From Pseudomonadota bacterium (GTDB lineage Bacteria; Campylobacterota; Campylobacteria; Campylobacterales; Sulfurimonadaceae), in the NCBI GenBank assembly GCA_043797085.1, contig JAZDQA010000012.1:96001-160000 (forward strand): a DNA stretch of 64,000 nt, written 5' to 3'. Shown in pieces: positions 18,657 through 25,454 of the stretch. Within the stretch, counting starts at the first letter, position 1; the number at the start of each line of letters is the position of its first letter. Position numbers and translations under genes: made by a program. Under the pieces are notes generated by a model. That model was not told the DNA's origin and did not search any database. It worked only from the letters and a program-made list of their open reading frames with translations.

Positions 18657-19771
18657 TAAAATTTATATTTTAATCCTGTCGTAAAATAGAGTGCTTTCAA
18701 TCCGGTACTTTGTTCATACAAGTTGGCACCAAAATTATAGTTCAATTTATCGTTAATTTTGTAATCGATACCCATTTTATAAGTTATGGCATTAAATGCA
18801 TTCACCCGTTCATCACTGGAAGCAAATTTTTCATTGCTAAAGCTCTCCCCATAAAAATTAGCTTTCGTTTGCGTATAATAGCGGATACCACCACTCAGAA
18901 TAATATCACTTCCCACTTCATAATAGAGAAGAGAATCGACCGTATGTGAGGTAATATCCCAATCATCATTGTAAAATCTATAACTCAATTGCGAAGAGAA
19001 TCGATCATCAAAAGCTTTTTGATAGCCCAATTTAATTCCGTAACCCGCTTTTGCATCGGGCTTTAGTTCATTAGTAACTACATTAGTATTTCGAATAATA
19101 TTATGATACGGGCTACTTAAAAAACCCGATTCATTACTGTAAAACACCCCGATATTAGCGATACTTGAAGTATCAATCACTTGTATAAATCCAACTTGAG
19201 CATTAATTACACTGCTTGTCATTTTTGCACTTGCACCACTAGAAACGTCACATGCAGTGTGTTGGTTACATTGAATAGTTATTTCATTATTTTGGTATGA
19301 GCCTCCGAATAATATACTTTGATTATGGGAGTCATCCAAATAATGGAGATATGACGTACTGAATTCCAATGAATCAAAATCATGCTCACTGCTGGAGCTG
19401 AATCCAATTTGCAATTCATCCCGATTTTTAAACCGTGTCGTCAAATTGGCGTTTCCAGCGTTACGCTGCTCCTCAAACGCGACATTCCCTTTTTTAATAT
19501 TCGTACTTGTACCTCTGCTATACGATGATGCCCCACTTGTTGCATCATAATAAGTAGGGCTTGCTCCACTAACGCTATCAGTGACAATATCCACATTCAG
19601 AGTATAATCGGTACCGAAATCTTTGTTAACCTCTATCGATGGTGCTATAACACTCACTCTGGAGTCATTTTCACTGTAATGCAAAATCTGTACGTTGACA
19701 TAATCTTGCGCCGAAACGTTCATACTGACAATCGCTAAACTTGCAATAAAAGATAATTTACTCAATTGCAT
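18656..19771 (-). CDS. DUF3570-family outer-membrane beta-barrel protein
   Basis: Signal peptide, DSVSGAS motif, GFLSSPYH, YRFYNDDWDITSHT, RYYTQTKANFY, C-terminal Phe; start overlaps the DUF4266 stop. Confidence 0.85.
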   Translation of the reverse strand: MQLSKLSFIASLAIVSMNVSAQDYVNVQILHYSENDSRVSVIAPSIEVNKDFGTDYTLNVDIVTDSVSGASPTYYDATSGASSYSRGTSTNIKKGNVAFEEQRNAGNANLTTRFKNRDELQIGFSSSSEHDFDSLEFSTSYLHYLDDSHNQSILFGGSYQNNEITIQCNQHTACDVSSGASAKMTSSVINAQVGFIQVIDTSSIANIGVFYSNESGFLSSPYHNIIRNTNVVTNELKPDAKAGYGIKLGYQKAFDDRFSSQLSYRFYNDDWDITSHTVDSLLYYEVGSDIILSGGIRYYTQTKANFYGESFSNEKFASSDERVNAFNAITYKMGIDYKINDKLNYNFGANLYEQSTGLKALYFTTGLKYKF

Positions 19772-19974
19772 CCGCAACCTCCTCCGCCGATACTACCGCC
19801 CCCTTTGGTGGCTTCTTTTGAGTAATGAATATGATCATCGTATTTTTTAGTGAGTTTATTGATCCCACCCTCTTTCATCGTCTCTTTCGCCAATATCGAT
19901 TTTTCCCAAGGTTGAACCTCTTTAACACACCCGCTCAACAAAAGGAGCGGCACCAACATTATCAATCGTTTCAT
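19762..19974 (-). CDS. DUF4266-family lipoprotein
   Basis: Lipobox LLSGC, VQPWEK, C-terminal GGGCGCN. Confidence 0.9.
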   Translation of the reverse strand: MKRLIMLVPLLLLSGCVKEVQPWEKSILAKETMKEGGINKLTKKYDDHIHYSKEATKGGGSIGGGGCGCN

Positions 19975-20402
19975 TATTTTCCCTCACATAACCGAAGCTG
20001 TTCTTCTATTTTAATTTCTAAATCGGGGACTGCTCCAAAAATCTTGCCACAGTTTTGTCCATTTTTAACAATATAAATCGCTGGCATCCCCATTGGTTTG
20101 TATTGAGAAATGATTTTATTTGAACTGTCATCAACCACATAAAATGTGAAATATTTTTTTAGTTTTTGCTGAAACTTTTTAGCATCATTTGGATTTTTAT
20201 CGACATCGATACCAATCACTTCAATATTTCGACTTTTGAGCTTCGGTTCTATTTTGGAAAGGATCGGTATCTCTTTCTCACATGACGAACACCATGAAGC
20301 AAAGAAATCGAGTACATACGTTTTATTAGGCGAAAGCATTAATTGCTCGCTTCCCAGTGCGAATGTCACAGACGCGGTTAAAAGTAATAATGTTTTTTGC
20401 AT
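19974..20402 (-). CDS. TlpA-family thiol:disulfide oxidoreductase
   Basis: Signal peptide, DFFASWCSSC, cis-Pro GMP; start at MQKTLL after a GGGGG SD. Confidence 0.88.
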   Translation of the reverse strand: MQKTLLLLTASVTFALGSEQLMLSPNKTYVLDFFASWCSSCEKEIPILSKIEPKLKSRNIEVIGIDVDKNPNDAKKFQQKLKKYFTFYVVDDSSNKIISQYKPMGMPAIYIVKNGQNCGKIFGAVPDLEIKIEEQLRLCEGK

Positions 20403-20423
20403 AAAGCCCCCTATTTCGTTTGA

Positions 20424-20455
20424 ATTATAGATGGACATTATGAATTTACAATGAA
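20424..20455 (-). promoter_or_regulatory. Promoter of the TlpA-DUF4266-DUF3570-apbE operon: TTCAT-N6-TTCAT plus TATAAT
   Basis: Minus strand TTCATTGTAAATTCATAATGTCCATCTATAAT. Confidence 0.5.
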
Positions 20456-20531
20456 AAATCTGAAATGTTACGAAATCTATTTTTTATCTTGATCTCTCAA
20501 TAATTGATCGGATTAATACAAAAACTGTAAT

Positions 20532-21125
20532 TCAGCTCTTACGGAATCCGAACAATTCAAGTGAACTTTTCGTCGCACGGGCGATAATACTCTGCTCTGG
20601 TCGAAACATCGCATTGGAAATCACTTTGACACACTCCATGATCTCCTCAAACCCATGATTGGGATAGGTGCTTTGGAGAACGATCCTATCCATACTCATC
20701 TGCGCTAACACCTCTGTATCAAACGCTCCGATATTTCCCATCCCCATCGCGAGGTAAAAGTTAGGGAGATTTTCATGCTCACGCGTAGCATTGAGGATAA
20801 TCCCTCTGCACTCACCCAAAGAATCAATCAGCGTCTCATTGAGATACGCTTCATCGATGACAATCGGTTTATCACTCATCGTGACACTATCCTCATCACT
20901 CACAATCGAAAATGCAACACACTTTCCATCCGCTTTATCCCGTAAATGCAACGGCACAGAGTAAAAGATACTCTCATATTCATCCGCGATTTTTTGGGTT
21001 TGCTCTATCTCGGAAATCGTTTTGGGATGGAGGATAAACATCTGCACCATCGTATCTTCTATAATCTCATCCAAATTATCGAAAAAATCTTCATCAGCAT
21101 TGCATAAATTGACGTCAATCGTCAT
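20532..21125 (-). CDS. Degenerate TatD/amidohydrolase-fold protein
   Basis: TatD-like layout (IADEYESIFYSVPLH, KPIVI, MDRIVLQSTYP, IIARATKSSLELF) with metal ligands missing; start at MTIDVN. Confidence 0.55.
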   Translation of the reverse strand: MTIDVNLCNADEDFFDNLDEIIEDTMVQMFILHPKTISEIEQTQKIADEYESIFYSVPLHLRDKADGKCVAFSIVSDEDSVTMSDKPIVIDEAYLNETLIDSLGECRGIILNATREHENLPNFYLAMGMGNIGAFDTEVLAQMSMDRIVLQSTYPNHGFEEIMECVKVISNAMFRPEQSIIARATKSSLELFGFRKS

Positions 21126-21211
21126 AAGTCCCCTTTGGTTTATACTTGACGTTAGGTATGCAAATACGATTCTATCCGCTATCATTGCATCCACAAGAAA
21201 AAGGATCAACT

Positions 21212-21403
21212 ATGGACGGCAAAGAACGAAAAAATATTATGTCAGGCAAACGGGTGAGCATTGTCCTCAAAGAGGATCAAAGTACAGGGATATTGACAGA
21301 GGGAGTTGTCCGTGACATCCTCACCAAATCACCGAACCATCCGCATGGGATTAAAGTACGGTTGATGAGCGGAGAAGTGGGACGGGTTAAAGAGGTGTTT
21401 TAG
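21212..21403 (+). CDS. YwbE-family (DUF2196) protein, copy 2
   Basis: MDGKERKNI...HPHGIKVRLMSGEVGRVKEVF; SD AAAGGA. Confidence 0.9.
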   Translation: MDGKERKNIMSGKRVSIVLKEDQSTGILTEGVVRDILTKSPNHPHGIKVRLMSGEVGRVKEVF

Positions 21404-21458
21404 TCAATTTTGGAAAAAGTCAGATAAAATAATTTCCACTTATTCTCTTCAAAGGTAT

Positions 21459-22226
21459 ATGATGAATCTCAGTAACATAGAACAAGAAGAATATTGTACA
21501 TTTTTATTATTTAAACGTCATGTAGAAGTATTACGTACTTTACGCCCTGATATATATATGTCATTTGGGAATGATGAGCATGCTTTTAGCATTAAAGGAG
21601 AAGATGCAAAAAACATGGATGACTATGAGTCGAAAAGGCAAATAGTAATGGCGTTAAATGCTTCAATTATCCTAAACACAACAAGTTTTTTTGAAGGGTT
21701 TTTAGAAAATATTCTACTTAGAAAAATTGGAAAAACAACAGCACTTCCTGAGCATATAAAAAATATTATCGAAGAATATCAACAACAAATATTACGAATA
21801 AGTTCATTTGCTGACTTCAAAAAGTACTTTCAAAAGCTTTTTCACAAAAAAATCACTGATGTCCTTAATATGAAAAAAAATGATTTAGATTTTATTGATA
21901 AGTTCTACACTGTAAGACATTTATTATCTCATGGTTCATGCTTAGATACTGCATCAATAAAATTAGAAATAGGTAGAAAGCTTTTTCATACGGATAGTGC
22001 TTACATTGCATTGATGAAAGCCTTGCAAGAAAGATACTCCCATAAATATGATTTAAATATTGATTTTATGAGCCTATTAAATTTCAGTGAAGTTATTGAT
22101 GATTTTAGTAACACGATTTTTGATATTGCAACAAAATTAGCTGAAGAATTAAAAAAAAATAATTTGATTGATTCTTCAGGATTCTGGGGAGATTTTTCAG
22201 GACGAGGAATGTGGGGAGAAATTTAA
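21459..22226 (+). CDS. Hypothetical protein with HEPN-like R-X4-H motif; low GC
   Basis: IILNTTSFFEGFL and VRHLLSHG; AT-rich sequence. Confidence 0.6.
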   Translation: MMNLSNIEQEEYCTFLLFKRHVEVLRTLRPDIYMSFGNDEHAFSIKGEDAKNMDDYESKRQIVMALNASIILNTTSFFEGFLENILLRKIGKTTALPEHIKNIIEEYQQQILRISSFADFKKYFQKLFHKKITDVLNMKKNDLDFIDKFYTVRHLLSHGSCLDTASIKLEIGRKLFHTDSAYIALMKALQERYSHKYDLNIDFMSLLNFSEVIDDFSNTIFDIATKLAEELKKNNLIDSSGFWGDFSGRGMWGEI

Positions 22227-22241
22227 TCTATTCTTTTAATC

Positions 22242-22892
22242 TTAAAGGCTATTTAATAGTGTAGTAATTTCAACTACTTTCCCCTTACTATTCCCCTTCA
22301 CATACTCCACAATCATCCCATGAAACCGCGCAAACGTCTGTTGCAGGATTGATTCATCGAAGTGCTCACGAATCCCCCGTTCACACCATTCTTGAAGCTC
22401 ATCATACCCCTCGAACTCATACCCGAACGCTCTCAGAAGCCGTGCGGTGTAACTGTCCACTACCATCGCATCTCGCAAGCACGCATAACAGAGTATCGCA
22501 TCGGCACTCTCAGGACCGATCCCCTTTTGCGCCAATAACCACTCTCGATCAACCTCTAAAGAAAATTCTTCAAACGAACCAAAACTTTCGCTAATAGCGT
22601 TGCAGAGTAAAATGATATTTTTGGCTTTTGCTTTTATCAGTCCGCTGGGGCGGATTAGCTCCATCAGTATTTCTGGGTCTATGTGGCGCAGTGCTTCTAA
22701 GCTAAGGTATCCTGAGTGTGAGAGGTTCTCTAACGAGGTAACAACTCTGCTCCATTGGGTGTTTTGGGTGAGGATGGCACCCACAACCACTTCAAAAGTG
22801 CCGTGTTGCGGCCACCAAAGGGGTTGTGTGTGTTCGAGGAGGTTAAGACGATCAAGGGCGGTGTAGAGTTCATAGGAATCGGTTAAATGCAA
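22242..22892 (-). CDS. HhH-GPD DNA glycosylase (3-methyladenine glycosylase/EndoIII-like)
   Basis: WWP, VGAILTQNTQW, KGIGPESADAILCYA, VVDSYT; TTG start after AAGGAG. Confidence 0.88.
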   Translation of the reverse strand: MHLTDSYELYTALDRLNLLEHTQPLWWPQHGTFEVVVGAILTQNTQWSRVVTSLENLSHSGYLSLEALRHIDPEILMELIRPSGLIKAKAKNIILLCNAISESFGSFEEFSLEVDREWLLAQKGIGPESADAILCYACLRDAMVVDSYTARLLRAFGYEFEGYDELQEWCERGIREHFDESILQQTFARFHGMIVEYVKGNSKGKVVEITTLLNSL

Positions 22893-22917
22893 AAAAGCTC
22901 CTTTATTAGATACCTGT

Positions 22918-22980
22918 CCGTTCGTGGTGAGCCTGTCGAACCATGAACTGATTACCCTTCGACAGGCGCAGGGCGAACGG
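22918..22980. repeat. REP-like imperfect palindrome
   Basis: Arms CCGTTCGTGGTGAGCCTGTCGAA / TTCGACAGGCGCAGGGCGAACGG, GC-rich, in an AT-rich spacer. Confidence 0.75.
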
Positions 22981-22988
22981 AAAAATCA

Positions 22989-23798
22989 TTACTCCTCAAT
23001 CCACGCATCGGTTCTAAACACACGTCCGTCATCAAATATTTTGAGTTTAAACGCTTCGGTGCATTTGCCCTCTTCGAGTGTCATGATAGCGATTTGGAGA
23101 ATTTTACGGCATTTTTCCGGTACTTCAAAACGTCCGGCCATACCGGTAATAAATCGTTCCAAAGGCACTTTAGCATCCATTCCGATAACATTGTCTCGAC
23201 ATCCGCTCAAACCCATATCTGTAAGATACGCTGTACCTTTTGAAATTTGAAAATCATCACTTCCTACATGGGTATGGGTTCCGATGATGCCGCTTGCTTC
23301 GCCTTGAAGCAAAATCATCATGGCACGCTTTTCACTCGAGGCCTCTGCGTGAAAATCAAGGAAGATATGGTTAATTCCTTCTTCTTTAAGTTGCGCTACA
23401 GTATCACGAGCGCATCGAAAAGCATTATCGACATACGGCATCCCATAATGCCCCATGATATTAAGTACGGCAAGCTTTTCACCTGCTACATCAAACACTC
23501 GGCATCCGCTTCCAGGTACACCTGCTGGATAATTGTGAGGGCGAAGCAAAGGAAGTGATTCAAGGAGAGGGAGTATATCTTTTTTATCCCATGTATGATT
23601 TCCGCCGGTCATCACATCGATACCGCAATCAAAAAGCTCTTGGGCATTTTTTAACGTTAAACCAAAACCGTGGGAGGCATTTTCGTAGTTGGCAATGACA
23701 AAATCTATTCCGTACTCACGTCTAAGTTTTCTAACGTGTTCTTTAATCATCACGCGTCCAGGACGACCGACGACATCCCCTATAAATGCTATTTTCAC
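22989..23798 (-). CDS. TIGR00282/YmdB-family metallophosphoesterase
   Basis: FIGDVVGRPGR, ANYENAS, TGGNHTWD, DFHAEASSEK, GTHTHV; GTG start. Confidence 0.92.
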   Translation of the reverse strand: MKIAFIGDVVGRPGRVMIKEHVRKLRREYGIDFVIANYENASHGFGLTLKNAQELFDCGIDVMTGGNHTWDKKDILPLLESLPLLRPHNYPAGVPGSGCRVFDVAGEKLAVLNIMGHYGMPYVDNAFRCARDTVAQLKEEGINHIFLDFHAEASSEKRAMMILLQGEASGIIGTHTHVGSDDFQISKGTAYLTDMGLSGCRDNVIGMDAKVPLERFITGMAGRFEVPEKCRKILQIAIMTLEEGKCTEAFKLKIFDDGRVFRTDAWIEE

Positions 23799-23841
23799 TA
23801 CTATTGCCTCGTATATTAATAATGAAAGTGTATCATTACGT

Positions 23842-24339
23842 ATGTTAAAGTACATCAACGGTTACAATCAAGCCATTAAAACTCAAATAGAATCTTTACT
23901 GCACCAAAATAAACTCGGTGAATATCTTCTCAATCGCTATCCCGATACGCACAGTTATACCACCGATAAGAGTCTCTATGATTATGTTATTGATTTAAAA
24001 AACAACCATTTACGCAACAGCTCTCCCATCTCAAAAGTCCTCTACGATACCAAAATTCGAGATTTGCAATCGGCATTGGGAACGCATACTTTTATATCTC
24101 GCGTCCAAGGCGGTAAACTCAAATCCAAAAATGAGATTCGAATCTCTCATCTTTTTAAAAAAGTGCCTGAACCGTTTTTACGAATGATCGTCATCCATGA
24201 ACTTGCCCATCTCAAAGAAAAAGATCATAATAAAGCGTTTTATAAACTCTGCACCCATATTGAACCCTCATATCATCAGCTTGAGTTTGATGTGCGGTTG
24301 TATTTGTCACAGCGTGATTGTCACGGAGACATCTACTAA
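23842..24339 (+). CDS. YgjP-like (DUF45) HEXXH protein
   Basis: MLKYINGY, RVQGGKLKSK, IVIHELAHLKEKDHNKAFY. Confidence 0.85.
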   Translation: MLKYINGYNQAIKTQIESLLHQNKLGEYLLNRYPDTHSYTTDKSLYDYVIDLKNNHLRNSSPISKVLYDTKIRDLQSALGTHTFISRVQGGKLKSKNEIRISHLFKKVPEPFLRMIVIHELAHLKEKDHNKAFYKLCTHIEPSYHQLEFDVRLYLSQRDCHGDIY

Positions 24340-25454
24340 ACTCTTACTAACTCCACTAACGTCTCATAATGTTCCGTATGGGGAAACATATCAAACAATT
24401 GCACTTTTTTAACGCTGTACAAAGATAAATAATCCAAATCTTTTGCCAAGCTCGTTGCATTACAGCTTGAATAAATAATCCGTTTCGGAGCACTTCTCTC
24501 AAGCCATTTGCATAATTGTTCCCCCAAGCCTCTGCGCGGAGGATTTACAATGACGATATCCACATTTTTTCCTGACACAGCGGTAAAACTTGCCGTATCC
24601 ATTGCCTCAAAGCGAAGGTTATCGAAGCCGATTAATGCAGCCGAATCACGAGCACAGGCAATGGCTTCACTCTCGATTTCTATTCCGACAATTTCTCGAT
24701 CAGCTGCCGCACAATGAAGGGCGAATCCTCCGACACCGCAAAAAAGGTCCCAGATCACTTTCGGTTTACTTTCCCCTACCCATTCTGACGCCGTTTTATA
24801 CAACTTAGCCGCGACATCGGTATTGGTTTGAAAAAAACTTTTAGGTCGTATAAAAAGAGGGATACCGTTTAGCCGCTCTTCGAGACGAGTACTCTCCGTC
24901 AAAAAAATCTCTTCCTCACCCTCTAAAATTGCCATATGAATCGGTTGAATATTTGCAGTAACAACTTTTAGCTCAGGACACTGTGCAATCAATCCACTCA
25001 AACCATTTTGAAGCCGTGAAATCACTCCATGTGAACGTAAAACAAAGCGGAGCATCATAGAATTATTCTGTCTACTTCGCGTCAATAAAACGTATTTTAG
25101 TTCACCCTTTTTCAATCTCACATCATAAGCTTTGATACCCAAACTACGCAACCATACTTGTGTAGTTTCCAGTACATGCTGCATCGAGGCATCATACAGC
25201 GGACATTGAATCAAGCTTACGTCTTCTGATAGTCCAAGCACTACACCATCACGACTAGGGATTGCTACCATCTTGGCCTTGTTTCGAAATCCTTTTAATG
25301 GACTGGGAGAGGGTTTCAGATATTCTTTAGGAGCAAATTTAAAAAGTAACTCATGTAAAAGCACACTTTTTTGTTTTAACTGCTCCGCATAAAAAAAGTC
25401 AATCCAAGAGCAAGAACGGCAGACTTGTGCATCATAAAAAGAACAAAAACTCAT
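24336..25454 (-). CDS. rlmC: 23S rRNA (uracil-747-C5)-methyltransferase
   Basis: C..Y....CRSC.W N-terminus, FRNKAKM, SFFQTN, WDLFCGVGGF, VNPPRRG, YSSCN, DMFPHTEHYE. Confidence 0.85.
   Translation of the reverse strand: MSFCSFYDAQVCRSCSWIDFFYAEQLKQKSVLLHELLFKFAPKEYLKPSPSPLKGFRNKAKMVAIPSRDGVVLGLSEDVSLIQCPLYDASMQHVLETTQVWLRSLGIKAYDVRLKKGELKYVLLTRSRQNNSMMLRFVLRSHGVISRLQNGLSGLIAQCPELKVVTANIQPIHMAILEGEEEIFLTESTRLEERLNGIPLFIRPKSFFQTNTDVAAKLYKTASEWVGESKPKVIWDLFCGVGGFALHCAAADREIVGIEIESEAIACARDSAALIGFDNLRFEAMDTASFTAVSGKNVDIVIVNPPRRGLGEQLCKWLERSAPKRIIYSSCNATSLAKDLDYLSLYSVKKVQLFDMFPHTEHYETLVELVRV

Noticed and set aside
19762..19771. TGA after GCGCN in DUF4266 as possible selenocysteine read-through
   Set aside because: GGGCGCN is the normal family C-terminus and the stop overlaps the start region of the next gene; no SECIS evidence
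22924..23250. 108-aa + strand ORF starting MVSLSNHE
   Set aside because: It starts inside the palindromic repeat and runs antisense to the phosphoesterase gene; spurious
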